Below are positions 26,223 to 39,812 of a stretch of DNA of 64,000 nucleotides, piece after piece; position 1 is the stretch's first letter, and each line of letters begins with the position of its first letter. The DNA comes from Lama glama. Lineage: Eukaryota. The position numbers and the translations under genes were made by a program. The stretch lies in the NCBI GenBank assembly GCA_028534125.1, contig CM052832.1, forward strand, positions 18,292,001-18,356,000, read 5' to 3'. The notes under the pieces were generated by a model that saw only the letters and a program-made list of their open reading frames with translations, did no database searches and was not told the DNA's origin.

Positions 26223-26566
26223 CTAAGAAGTAGTGCTTTACTAATTATGTTATAGAAGGAACTATAACTCAGTATCTTGGCTTCCACCCTTGCCTTCAAT
26301 TTATTTCAGCATTTTCCCTGCTTCATAGGGCCACGAGAACTGTCATAACTGGTGGCAACAATAGCACGGTCATCCTGGCAGCCAAGAAATCCGGTTTATT
26401 ATGAGAGGACCTTAGTTAATGAATGTAAATAGTTCCACTTTTATTTTCAGGAAATTATTTTGATTCCAGAAACTTTTTCTTTTTAAAGGCTCCATTTTAT
26501 TTTATTTTCTTATTGTGAGACAAACCTACAAAATTTTAACTACGTAAGTTAAGAAAACACCTGGCT

Positions 26567-26638
26567 TAGCAGAGGATGGTTTCGATCCATCGACCTCTGG
26601 GTTATGGGCCCAGCACGCTTCCGCTGCGCCACTCTGCT
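26567..26638 (-). tRNA. TRNAM-CAU: initiator tRNA-Met (CAT)
   Basis: Reverse complement identical to the other iMet copies. Confidence 0.98.
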
Positions 26639-27375
26639 CCCTGCTAGGCGCCTTCTACTAGTAATACTCTTAACTTTGGTCGGATGCGATTTACTAAGCC
26701 TCAAGAGAAGTCTACGGGAGGTCGCCTATTTATTTCAATATTCTGGCTACAAGTTGCCAAATCTCTGGAATAATGTCCCTACTAGAACCAGAGAAAACAA
26801 AACGAAGAGTAGAAAAATAAACGTTAACATTGTTAAGTTACCAGGCGCAGGGGTGAGGGATGGATAGATAAATGAGAGTTATATGTTGTAATAAACATAA
26901 GGAAAGAAAACAAACGAGATGGGAAAGGAACTCGGGCTTCCGCGCAGCGAGCGAGAATTGTACCACGCAATCATTAACCAACCATGTACTCGCCTTCAGG
27001 AAGAAAACCCTTTTGGTCAGATTTTCCTTGGCTTGGTGATGGAAAGGGTGAAGTATTGTAGTTTCTGAGTTTCTTAGGATGGGGGTTTGGGTTGAAGGAA
27101 CTTTACTGCAGGCAGCAAAAATGCTGGAGGCACTGTAAAGTTGAGAGCAAAGTTGGCTTCCGCATTTCAACGGAAGTTGCCGCAGTTCTGGTCGTGAGGG
27201 CCAAATCTCCTGTGCAATCATCACAAAGCATCCCAAGGAGCAAAAGATAATAAATAAGAAATGTTAATTTTTGTAGTCTGATGCAGTTGTAAAAAAACAA
27301 AGGTCCGAAAATTTCCATTTAGGCTGGAGAGGCTTCTGCGGAAGGCACATTATGTGGGCGGGGACTACGTCGTCG

Positions 27376-27484
27376 TGACGTCACCTCTAACTAGGGTCGC
27401 AAGGGGAGGGGCTGGCGGGCTCAATGAAAGTGCCCGAGAGCGCGCTTTCAGTTCTCAATTCGGTCCGAAATCCACGCATATAAG
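27376..27484 (+). promoter_or_regulatory. H4 promoter (CRE, site II GGTCCG, TATA)
   Basis: TGACGTCA 27376-27383; CTTTCAGTTCTCAATTCGGTCCG 27445-27467; TATAAG 27479-27484. Confidence 0.8.
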
Positions 27485-27489
27485 GGTAA

Positions 27490-27846
<357 letters not shown>

Positions 27847-27884
27847 GTCTCCTGTTTTCAGCAATCTTAACACTTTTTACCAAA

Positions 27885-27926
27885 GGCCCTTTTTAGGGCC
27901 GCCCACAACTTTCGGTAAAGGAGCCT
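27885..27926 (+). terminator. histone 3' stem-loop + HDE
   Basis: GGCCCTTTTTAGGGCC 27885-27900, then GCCCA; purine-rich AAAGGAG downstream. Confidence 0.92.
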
Positions 27927-30422
27927 AACACTTAATTCTACAGTGGTTATTCTCTAGGATCTAGCTTTTCTTTTTTTGTCGCCAAATAGTAACGTTAAAT
28001 CGCAGTTTATGTTCTAGAAAGGTGAGTATCTCAGCTTGAAGTATCTTGCTGCAGTGTGGTTTTAGGTATAGTCTTGCGCACTATGATACTTCACGTGACA
28101 GTGAAAAGGCTTGTGTGTGCTATCTGCCCCAGAAAGATTTACTCTGGGTTAGGAATGTAGGCAGCGTTCTCGAGTACCAGAAAGACTGGCTTAAACTGCC
28201 GGCGATGTAGCGACTGGAGGCTGCCTTTACCCCGCCTTTCTTCTGTGCTCAAGATGGCGGCGAAGGCGGGGAACAAAGGGCGCCCGCGGCGGGAACCCGC
28301 GGCCGGAAGAGGCGAGCTCACGAGTGGGGCGGGTCGTTCCCCTGGGCAGGAGCGCGCTCCTGTGCTCATGTGGCGTGACGCTGCTGCTCGGCTCTGCCGA
28401 CCAACACCCTTGTACCAACGGCACTGGGGGAAAAATGAAAATTTACACGCGGGGAGACCCCTATATTCTGACTTCCTCTAATGAGCGTTTAAAAAAGTGG
28501 TTAGTGTATGTTACTTAACATTAATGCCACCTGAATTTAACAGTTGAGTAAGCTGTACACTCAGAATATTTTACGTCACATTAAGTATGCACTATTAAAA
28601 TAGTTCAATAGTTCCCATAGAATCACTCAAACTAAAACCAAATTCCCTAACTTCTAATACTCAGTCCAAATGAACAGATGTTTGTTATGCTGCAAATGTC
28701 ATCTTAGATACCTGGTTTGCTAAGTGGAGGGTCCAATCATGCCTTTGTTTCTGTCTCATGTCTCAATCTACAAGTTTTGTCTTCCTCGATTACACTTATT
28801 TTTCAGACATTGATTTGCTGTAGACCTGGCCTGCAGACTATCTTCGTCTCATTTGTTTCCGAATGGATCATTATCCTTGACTCCTGTACCCTGTATGCCC
28901 TGCAAGGTAGAAGTGATTTTTTCAGACTTAAATGAAATGAAATCATGTTAATTTTCTTGTCGAGGAACGGTTTAAAGATTTTTATGTAAATACTACTGTA
29001 CAATATCAAGAGCACCTGATGTCAGGCTTATCCAGATTCAAGATGATGGATCCAGCACTGGCCTAGAGTTACTTAACTGGTTTCCTCGTAAAATCAATTT
29101 TCCTCCTTGTGGCCTGCAACTAATTTGTAGGGTGATACTTTGATAGCCAGAAAGCAGTGGAGTCATTTGGAATCTTGTCTGTTTTAAAGATACAGACTCC
29201 AGTGCTTAAATATGAAATGAATAAGATGTTACTGGAGCTAAGGTATCAGTTTGAGGAGATGAATTCATATGAGGGTATTAACAAACAAAACAAAGCACAT
29301 AGCATGTGCCAGGCACTGCTTGATGCTATAGAATTATAGCAGTGAACAATTGAATATTTCTGTATTCTTGGACTTTTATTTGTCAGGGTAGGGAAACAAA
29401 CAAAACAGGTAAATAAAACATGGTGTTTCAGATGGTGCTATGAAATCCAATGAAGCTGGGGAAGACATTAGTGTGGGGAGGAAGGAGGTGATATTTTAAA
29501 TGATATGGTAATAGCAAGCTTATAAGTGATGAGAGGAGAACAGATTGAGAAAGTGAAGTTCCTAATAGAAGACCAAGAAGGAAAGCCTAGAGGTAGCAAG
29601 TAATTATTGTGGTTGAGCAGATGGAGGGCAAGAGGGTGTGGAGGAAAAGGAAACGAGATCTGAGAGGCAAGTGGAGGTGAGTAGTTCCTGTATAACCTTC
29701 CTTATAACCCAACACATCTATTAAAGAGGTACCACTAGTCCTGGTGAGACATGAAAAGATCCCTGGAAAATAAGCCACACGTTGCTTGAATTGGCCAAAG
29801 CAGGGAAGTCTAATAGTCACAGGCACTAGGTTGTCCTCACAACAGTTCAGGGGAAGATGATTTTAAAAGAGGGGCTTAGATTGTTAAAAGGGGTTTGGAA
29901 TGTTGGTCACACTGCCAGACAAAGAAATCCTAATTGGTGTCAAATGCTACTGGCTTTGAGGCCTACTTTACTTCATTCAAGGCCTCAGGATTCTGAGATT
30001 CCAAAGTGGGCAGGACCAAGGGCACCTTCCAAGCACTTCAACCAGAGGCTTTAGCAACAGCTACTATTTTGGAGGCACTTTCTTTGTGCAGACAACGTCC
30101 TAAGTGCTTTACCTGTGTTCTATTGATCACCCCAGCAATGCCATACAGTTGCTAATTATTATTCCCATTTCAGAGGTAAGGAAATGCTCACAAGAGTTTA
30201 AGCAATTTCCCCAAATTTAACATTCAGGACTGTATCATATCCTGGAGGGTTGCCCCTTAAAAAGTGCTTATAGATTTCATGAACACATGGTTTTAAAATG
30301 TATTTAAAATCAACTTTGAAGAGCAAGAAAGGAGTGTCTTAATTATACGTGGGGTTTAGGGAATTTTCTTCAAGCATCACCATAACATGTACTCGTTTGA
30401 TGTTCACAAAAATCTGTGTAGG

Positions 30423-30823
30423 TGTAGGGAGGAAAACCTTCCTTTCGAGGTTCTTTGGCTGACCCATTTGATGATTAACAGGAGGAAAAACAAGGTAGCA
30501 ACATCTATACCTCCTGTATACCCTGGAGATACCCAGCAAACTGAGTACATCTACGAAATAGCTGAAGCCACCGCCTTAAATACCATCTTCAACTAAAGAC
30601 AAAAGATGCTGGGGGTGGGGAGTCAGTTGTGGAAGGTAACTATGAGAAGCACAGTTCATATGGGTAAGGTTATTATACAGATGTAAATTGTGACTTTTCC
30701 ACAGATGAGACAACTTAGCCATCCTCCTCTTCCAGGTTCATCGAGACGCTGGAGGTTTCCCTGATGAATCTCTTACAAAGGTAATTTCCTATTGTTTTCA
30801 GAGCTTGTGTCATAAAAATAACC
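30423..30823 (-). mobile_element. ERV1-type LTR fragment abutting the H2B stub
   Basis: Starts TGTAGGGAGGAAAA; motifs such as CACCGCCTTAAATACCATCTTCAACTAAAGAC and AAAAATAACCAG recalled from laurasiatherian LTRs; ends abruptly at H2B codon 15. Confidence 0.6.
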
Positions 30824-30868
30824 AGAGCCCTTTTTCGGGGCTGGAGCCGACTTAGCTGGTTCAGGCAT
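30824..30868 (-). pseudogene. histone H2B 5' stub (first 15 codons only)
   Basis: Reverse complement ATG CCT GAA CCA GCT AAG TCG GCT CCA GCC CCG AAA AAG GGC TCT = MPEPAKSAPAPKKGS, then non-histone sequence. Confidence 0.93.
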
Positions 30869-31651
<783 letters not shown>

Positions 31652-31695
31652 ACTTACCTAAATATCGTGCGTGCAGCTACAACCTTATACCCAAA

Positions 31696-31740
31696 GGCTC
31701 TTTTCAGAGCCATCCATGTTTTCACATTTGAGAGCTTGTA
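31696..31740 (+). terminator. histone 3' stem-loop + HDE
   Basis: GGCTCTTTTCAGAGCC 31696-31711; GAGAGCTTG downstream. Confidence 0.93.
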
Positions 31741-31761
31741 ACTAATTCTAACACTGGTTTA

Positions 31762-32418
31762 GTCTGCCCACTAGGGAAAAAAAGACACTGCCGGAAGCTG
31801 AGAATTCTGTTTTATTTCGTGAGATTTCTGAGGACTTCAAGCTCGGGGGCAGCGTCTCAGATCTGAGACTGCCCTGAAGAAAGGGAAGAGCCAGGATATA
31901 GGGGTTTTTGCAACCAAGACGAGGTAGTGGGAACGCCAAAAGACTACCACTAATTAAAACGAGCTATGTCAGAGTAATGAACTTAGTATTTTCTATGTAA
32001 GGGAAGATGCAAGGGTCTGGGCTCTTAAAATTTCTTTTTTTATGCACCGTATCTATCTAGGGCCAGTATGCTGTTCTTAACCATCCTGAGTTTCCACAGG
32101 GTGCACCGTTGGAGGTGGCTGTGGTGGCTGAGAGCTTGGCATCATGGTTGTAGTGGCTTGATAGCTACGTTTTTGTTTTGAGTAAAAGATTTATTCGGAA
32201 AGATACATAACTCCATACAGTGCGGGCTAACTCATAAGGCCGAAGGGGCTAAGAGGCTTGGGGGTGTTAAAGCAAGTGCCATCTCTAAGGCAAGAGAGAA
32301 TGACCCAGGCCTGGGAGACACACATTCCATAGACAGAATGTGGGCCATTTTACTCAGAAGGGCGAGCGGCCTCCAAACATCCTTAACAGATATGACAGGC
32401 AACATTTTCCATTCACAT
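31762..32418 (-). mobile_element. ERV1 LTR (MER41-like), probably with a second LTR fragment nested at about 32170-32375
   Basis: TTTCTGAGGACTTCAAGC, GAGCCAGGATATAGGGGTTTTTGCAAC, GGGAAGATGCAAGGGTCTGGGCTC; ends TTCCATTCACA. Confidence 0.7.
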
Positions 32419-33114
32419 CTATAAGCCTTCAACAGTTAAAGCCATTGGATATAAATATACCTTTTTCAACGTGTTATTATCTTGGCTATTTCACATGACT
32501 GCTTGGAATGTGGTTCAGGGATACGGGAGTTTTACGAGAAAATAGCATCGTAAACGGATTTTAGTTGTGAGGAAGCAAGTTTTGGTACCGTTTACAAAAC
32601 CTTGAGTAGTCTCCAGATCTTTAGAGAGAAGGAGAATATTCTATACTGCGGAAAAGGCGGGTGGGGTTGGTAGCTTGGGATATCTTTAAGACATTGAAAT
32701 AGCAAAATGAGAACCACTGGCAAATCAAAGATCAGCGCGGGCTCTTCAAATTCTGAACCGAACCATAATCTCATTTAGGCACTACAGCAAAGTCAATCGT
32801 TTGGCGCACTGTTTGCCTATCACCTCTAGCCCAATCGCTTTACCTGTGGCTTCCCAGAGTGGAGATAGGAAGTGGCAGTCCAGGGAACTCCAGGTTCCGT
32901 TCAGAAAAAGCAACCGCTGAGAAAAAACAATAAAAGTAAATCTCTTCTCAAAAGCTTGGTCCTCGGAATTTTAGGCCACATTACATAGATCTACTGGGTC
33001 AGAACTGGCATATTCCACAATCACGAAGTGGCTCCTTATTTACAATTTGAGATGAGCTGAACTAGAACAGTAGAAAATTAGCTCCTATGGTTAGTAGACT
33101 ATAACGAAGAGAGG

Positions 33115-33260
33115 GATTGGAATGTGGAGTAATTCATCCAATCAGAACCTGTAGTAATTAACCAATCACATCGTTGATGCTTCAGCCAATGGTTTCATTT
33201 CGCGGGACTTTTGAAAAACCGCAAGGCCAATCAGAATGATTCTGAGTGTATATAAAGGCA
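33115..33260 (+). promoter_or_regulatory. H3 promoter with multiple CCAAT boxes and TATA
   Basis: CCAAT near 33138, 33162, 33186, 33227; TATATAAA near 33249. Confidence 0.8.
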
Positions 33261-33310
33261 ACCTCTTCCTCAAGCCATCAAGTTGTGCGTTTTTCTCCGT
33301 ACTTCTTGCA

Positions 33311-33330
33311 ATGGCTCGTACTAAGCAGAC
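33311..33330 (+). CDS. histone H3, only the first codons visible (rest in a 500-N gap)
   Basis: ATGGCTCGTACTAAGCAGAC = MARTKQ(T) behind a typical H3 promoter. Confidence 0.85.
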
Positions 33331-33830
33331 NNNNNNNNNNNNNNNNNNNNNNNNNNNNNNNNNNNNNNNNNNNNNNNNNNNNNNNNNNNNNNNNNNNNNN
33401 NNNNNNNNNNNNNNNNNNNNNNNNNNNNNNNNNNNNNNNNNNNNNNNNNNNNNNNNNNNNNNNNNNNNNNNNNNNNNNNNNNNNNNNNNNNNNNNNNNNN
33501 NNNNNNNNNNNNNNNNNNNNNNNNNNNNNNNNNNNNNNNNNNNNNNNNNNNNNNNNNNNNNNNNNNNNNNNNNNNNNNNNNNNNNNNNNNNNNNNNNNNN
33601 NNNNNNNNNNNNNNNNNNNNNNNNNNNNNNNNNNNNNNNNNNNNNNNNNNNNNNNNNNNNNNNNNNNNNNNNNNNNNNNNNNNNNNNNNNNNNNNNNNNN
33701 NNNNNNNNNNNNNNNNNNNNNNNNNNNNNNNNNNNNNNNNNNNNNNNNNNNNNNNNNNNNNNNNNNNNNNNNNNNNNNNNNNNNNNNNNNNNNNNNNNNN
33801 NNNNNNNNNNNNNNNNNNNNNNNNNNNNNN
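33331..33830. other. assembly gap (500 N)
   Basis: N run. Confidence 1.
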
Positions 33831-34881
33831 TAGTTTCTTTTCATCATTGATCAGTGGCCTCAATGTTAATTGCACATTACAGTCAACTGGAGGTTTTACA
33901 AAAAATATTTTTGGTTGAGGTCCAATCAGTATAAGTATAAATATGGTATGGACCCAGGCAACAGTAATTATTAAAACTCAAGTGCTTTCAATAGGTAGTG
34001 AGGACCAAGACTAGAGGCTACATAAAATCCAGTCTTATGGTGATTAAGTCTTGTTTGACTCAGTTTACCTAAATGAATCATGCTTTCCTTGAAGTTTGCC
34101 TTCAGAAAGAATATAGTCTCAAAAGGGACTTTGGCTTGTTTATAATCACTTTATCTCACTGCAGTGAATCCAAATATTACGTGGCTTTTACAGCCAATTC
34201 TGAGGACAGGGCTAATGTGAATCTATACTGAGAAATGAAGCTGCTTTCAGTGGTTGACATTACCAGGTTTTCAGGGATGGAACAAGACTACCCTAGACTC
34301 TTCACAGGCAACCAGTGGATACCTCTCTGTTTTCACATTGGGCCTTTTCTGTACAGATTAGCACAAGGTCCTGTTTGGGCCTTCAGGTGGTCTTTCTCCA
34401 TAGCCTTCGTTTTGTGATCTACCTTCATCTCCCTCCCTCCCCATATTGTTTTAAAAACCTGTTTTATTATGCAACTTTTCAGTATATATAATATTAGAGA
34501 TAATAGCCTCAACATTGTCAACACTGGCCAAATGTTTTTTTCTATACCTCTTCTGCCTTGATTATTGTCTTGATTATTATAAAGCTTTATTACAATAAAG
34601 ATTATTGTAATTTCCTCTCTCACTATTTTAATATACATCTACCATTTTAAAACCTATTTTGATGCCATGATTACTTCCCCCAACAAACATTTCTTAACGC
34701 TGAGGAATTTTAAAACATATTCACTCCACATATGTTTGTTGAGTTTACAATGTGCTGGAGGCTGTTCTAAGCACTGGGAATATACTCGGAGAGCAAAACA
34801 GACAAAATTCTCTGCTTTTGTGGAACTTGCATCGGATACATCAGACAATACATCAGATAAATATTCTGCATCAAATGTTAG

Positions 34882-35303
34882 TGTTACGGAAATGACAGGC
34901 CAGCCAAGAAACAAGCACCACTCGGAGGGTTGGAGTACTCAGATTTATTACACCAGCGGGCTCAGAGGGGCTTCTGCTCCTAAGCCCTGAGCACCTCCAA
35001 GACGTGTGCATGAGGTTTTGTAGGGTTAAGTACAAGCTTGGGGTATTCGGCCAATAGGCATGCAATAACTTTAGCAACATCATTATCACAAAAGTAGAGG
35101 CAGTGAGGCAGCAAACCAACATTTTAAGGCCAGATATGTTTCTTTGAAAATCCAGCTGGCTAGCAAAAACATGAACAGGGAATCAGCAAACCGACAATTT
35201 AGATTTACGAGTTAGCCCAGCAGAACTCAGATCAGTAATCCAACACTTGTTACACTTAGATTTGTGACTTAGCTTGTTAGCCCAGCTGGGCTTTTCCTTC
35301 ACA
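34882..35303 (-). mobile_element. solo ERV1-type LTR with 4-bp TSD, inserted in an L2 relic
   Basis: TG...CA termini; TTAG at 34878-34881 and 35304-35307; minus-strand AATAAA near 34943. Confidence 0.88.
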
Positions 35304-35991
35304 TTAGATGGTGAGAAGAACAATAATGCAAGAATATGGCGTGTCATGGGGAGTTGAAATTTTGAGGTGACCAGTGAAGACGGTGCTAAGATTGTTCATT
35401 CAGCAAAGAGCTGAAAGGTGAAGAAGCAGTCTGTGGAAAGAGGAGGAGGGGTGCTGAGATGCCAGGGTGGCTGTACCCGGTGGGTGGGGCACATTAGGAG
35501 GAGATGGAGGTAGAGAGTTGGAAGCCAGATCATGTAGGGGCTTCTGGCCACTGAAAGGAATTTCGCTTTTGTTCTGAGAGGCAAGGCCTTGGGAGGAGCT
35601 GAACATAGGAGTTTTTGTATCCCTCTGTCTTGTCAGCAGCTTCTAGTTTATTTTTAGGCAGTCTCAATTGTGCTCCGCTGAAAAATTAGGGTCCCATTTC
35701 ATTTCTGTTTTGTGCTGTTCAGACCTTGAAGATATTAGCTGACCTGGGGCACTTCATACTCAGGGTAGAAAGAGAAAATCTGTTAGTTTGAGGTTAAAGT
35801 TGGTTCATAGGGTTGGGTCTTCAATTGACTGGATTAATGGCCACAGGCAAACTGTTGATCCTCAGGTAACAAGCTTGATTTATTTGCATTGCAAATTCAA
35901 ATGTCTTCAGGGACCAGGCAAGGGATTTTTATAAACCAATATAAACAAATACAATGCTTTGGTAGGTAAAGAGGATTAAGGAAACAAAGTA

Positions 35992-36127
35992 GGGGGAGGG
36001 TGTAACTCAGTGGTAGAGTGCAAGTGCTTAGCATGAACGTTTCCTGTGTTCAATCCCCAATATCTCCATTAAAATAAATAATAATAATAAAAAAAAGCTA
36101 AATACCCGCCCCCCAAACTTAAAAATA
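35992..36127 (+). mobile_element. camelid Vic-type tRNA-derived SINE
   Basis: GGGGGAGGGTGTAACTCAGTGGTAGAGTGC...GTTCAATCCCCA...A-rich tail...C-rich end. Confidence 0.85.
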
Positions 36128-37292
36128 GTCAGTAAAAAGGAAAACATAAAACAGGTCAAGGAGATTAAGGACAGCAATTGAGTAGGAAATGGCTGGGGGG
36201 TAGTTGTAATTTAAATACGGTGGGTGGGGTAGACATCCTAAGTGAGATGAGACATGAAGGCCAGAAGCATGAAGCCTAGGAGAGGTGTCTTCAACCATCT
36301 GTAAGATTACGTCAAAGAGATGAAACACTGATTGCTCAGATCCTCTGTTGGGAGCATTACTTGCGGTGATGGCCACAGGTTTGTTAACCAACTAGACAAA
36401 ACCAGATTCCTTTTCTGTTTCCTCAAGCTGGAGTTCCCAGCACTGATTTTATACATTTTTTCGTATCTTTCAAAAGTATTGATATAGTTTCCTGAGCACA
36501 CCCAATTTAGATGGCAAACTGAAGCAGGGGCAGGAAGAGATGAGTACTAACCCCATGGAAGACAACCAGCCTGATTCAAAGATATCAGTCATTAAGGAAA
36601 AAAATATTAATTATGTGATAATTTATTTAAAATAAAAAGCAAGATATTTTGAGGTTCCAAATAATCACCATCATTATTTTGCTTTTCAGAAGAAACAGAA
36701 TCTAAATGTGATATTTCTAGAAAGGCTTTACACACTGTAACAAATAAGTTTTCTGAGATTACATTGCATTAATATTGATGAGCCCCCAAGTATAAATAAA
36801 ACTGCTCATCTGTTGGCTCATTGCTGATAGAAGTCTATATTAAAACCTTCATGATGGTGATGATTTGATGACCAAACCCAGGATTTTTAAAATAAAACAA
36901 AATTAAAATAAAAAATTATTTCTGTATGATGGTGATACCTGTTCCCAACTCCTGATCTTGAGCTGAATTTTGGCATAGAACTGAGATATCACATCTTTTT
37001 TGAATACTTCATATTGGGTGTTCAAGGATAGGACAGGAGGCTGATGTCCTTTAGGATTTGCCCAGATAACTATGAAACTGTTGGGGAGGAAGATCTTTTT
37101 CCTCTAGCCTTTGCCAGCTAAACAGTGTCACTAGCCATCTGGTTCTACAGGTTTGAGTCATTTATTTAACCACTGCAGTCTGTGACCTTCAATACACCCT
37201 GAAAGGAAGTCTGGGTTGAGATCAGGAATGAGGCACTCTGTGCTCTGGGAAAAATGGCACAACAGGCTGTCAGATTCATCAACAAGCAAGTG

Positions 37293-37420
37293 GAGAGGGA
37301 AGGTTATAACTCAGTGGTAGAGCGCATGCTTTCCATGCATGAAGTCCCCAGTACTGCCATTAAAAATATAAGTAAAAAAAAAAACCCGAATTCCCCACCC
37401 CACTGGCCCCCAAATTAAAA
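37293..37420 (+). mobile_element. camelid Vic-type SINE (B box deleted)
   Basis: GGGAAGGTTATAACTCAGTGGTAGAGCGCATGCTT...CCCCAGTACTGCCATTAAAA; CAAGTG on both flanks. Confidence 0.8.
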
Positions 37421-39162
37421 CAAGTGACTGAACTTCCTTTTAGAAAACAGAGATTAGGGACCCCACTGGAGAGATGCCGGGCAGAGTATACAGCCTTCAA
37501 TATATGTCCCTAGTGACATCCAGACCAACGTGTCTTTTAAGTGCATTTTGTCTGGAGAGGGCAATTGTAGCCAAAATGGGAGTCATCAATGCATAGTGAA
37601 TTCAAGATCTCATAAATATTGAGTACGTCATGAATATTTGATATCTTACAAATATTTGGCACTTTTTGGCTCTTTCATCTCTTCCTACCTCCATGTAGCA
37701 CACACAAGCTCTACTTACTACCTCTGTGTCTTACATGTCTCATATGATACTAAACAATTTATAGTAAATACAGCTTTTGAATTTTGTCTGTATCTCATAA
37801 ACTCCTTTCTTACCTAACATTTTATATGTTCCCTACCTATGAATTACCTACTTAAAACTTATGAATTTCATGCATCCAATGATGCATGTTCTTGGATTGA
37901 TCTTTCATAGTAGAATTCAAGAGTAGAATATATTTGAGAATATTCTCAAATAATAGAGCAAACACATTATATATAGGAAGAGATGAGTTCCCTAAGGAGA
38001 GTGGAGCTCCCATTCCAGGTTGCATGGAGAGAAACAAATTTTATTTTGCTAAAAGTGATTAACTTAGGTTGTCTGTCACTTGTAGAGGTATCTAATACTA
38101 ACTTATACAGGTGCATATTTAAAAAAAAACTTATTAAAGAAAATCTTTAAAAGGAATAATGGACAAGGTTTGCTATTACACTATTCCCTTTTACATTTCA
38201 GTAAGATCCTACATTTATTTCAGTTAAGCACAGCAGGACTTCAAAATCCTTGTGAACCAATGATAAAACAGGGTCACATGAAAGTGTAAATATATAACAC
38301 CTGTTAACTGTAGTCCATAAATACAAACTCAAACTATGCACATTTTTGTGATTCCTTTCTCTCTCTTGCTGTCTCCTCTTCCCTTGCCATCTCTTTTACT
38401 TCACTTTCCTTCCAGAGAACTTGAAAATTTTAAGGTAAGTCAATTCAGCTTTTGTCAATGCTAAAGTTTAGACTCATGCTTTCTCCGTCTGTTAGTTTGA
38501 TTACTGTCTAAATATTCATTTTAGACTATGAGCCCTGTGAGGAGAAAGGATTGTTTCTATCCTGCACTGCTCTTTCACTAGTACCTGTCACTTTCTGAAA
38601 CTTAACAGGCTCTCACTGAATGAATGAATGAACTCAGAGTCCTAGTCCTTCCACTCATACTTCATTTAGGGAAGAATGTTAGGCACACTCAGATCTGTGA
38701 TCTTAGAATACTTTGCAACACACACCACTTCCCCCAACTCCATGATCCAGCAGATGAAATGCCCATCAAAAGTGAGGACAGTAATTGAAGGGCTCCTGTC
38801 GACACTACAGGTAGCCTGCATGTGTGATCCTTAATATCAAGATATTTTGAAAGCCTAGAGCTGAAAATTCTATTTTGTTGATGATTCTTATCAGCCTCTT
38901 CAAAGGAAGGAAGACTGACCAAAACTGGCTTCTTGGGTGTCAGCTAAGAATACTACCTAAAAATCAAGGCTTTGTTTCCAGTCTGTTTGAAGCCACCTCT
39001 CCCTTCCCTTTTAGTATGAATTGTACATAACCCTTTTCCTAATTAGTTTAAAATGCCTTAATTTCTTGCAAAATAAAGGTTTATTATTCTAAAACACTGT
39101 TTCACAATCCACCTACTAAAATACTAAAATTAACAGAGTTCAGGCACTAAACTGACTTCTCA

Positions 39163-39254
39163 TTTTTTTCTGGAGGGAGTGGGTACATTAGGGTTACTTG
39201 TGTTTAACAGAGGTACTGGGGATTAAACCCAAGGCCTGAGGTATACCTTCCCTC
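39163..39254 (-). mobile_element. internally deleted Vic-type SINE
   Basis: Reverse complement GAGGGAAGGTATACCTCAG|GCCTTGGGTTTAATCCCCAGTACCTC; flanked by CTGACTTCTCA and CTGACTTGTCA. Confidence 0.75.
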
Positions 39255-39500
39255 CTGACTTGTCACTCTTTAATTCAAGCTCACTTACCTGCGCTGTGCC
39301 TACCAAAATTATTTCTACTCCAGTAAAGCAGTATAAGCTTCTGAAGGAATTACAATGGGAAAAAAAGCATAGGATAGGGAATTTCTAAACACAGAATTAC
39401 TTTACCTTAAAAGTTACTACAGCATTTAGCATTAGGACACTATGTGAAAGCGTGAGTGGCTCTGAAAAGAGGCTTTGGATTTGACTGCCTACAAACACAT

Positions 39501-39812
39501 TTACTTGGAGCTGGTGTACTTGGTGACAGCCTTGGTGCTCTTGGACAACGGCATACTTGGCCAGCTTCCGGCAGCAGCAGGCGCACTGCCTCGCCCATGA
39601 TGCTCCTGAAGATGTCGTTGAGTTCATGATGCCCATAGCCTTAGACAAGATGCCGGTGTCCTGGTGGACCTTCTTCAGCACTTTGTACACGTACACCGAA
39701 TAGCTCTCCTTGCGGCTGTGTTTGCGCTCTTGCTGTCCTTCTCTTAAGCCTTGGTCACCGCCTTCCTAGAGCCCTTCTTCAGAGAACAAGCTGATTTAGC
39801 CGGTTGAGTCAT
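39501..39812 (-). pseudogene. histone H2B pseudogene
   Basis: [22 protein letters not shown] then frameshifts, [24 protein letters not shown], an internal deletion and [11 protein letters not shown]. Mutated stem-loop GCCTCTTTTCAGAGCC at 39458-39473; octamer 39886-39893. Confidence 0.96.

Noticed and set aside
28245..28481. 78-aa ORF in the CpG-rich island
   Set aside because: No recognisable homology; expected by chance in GC-rich DNA. The island itself is reported as a finding.
33236..33875. Long ORFs across N runs (also 41223-41795 and 62478-63137)
   Set aside because: Artefacts of assembly gaps.
35992..36127. tRNA-like A/B boxes at 36.0, 37.3 and 39.2 kb
   Set aside because: A-rich tails, flanking direct repeats and a shared head identify SINEs, not tRNA genes.
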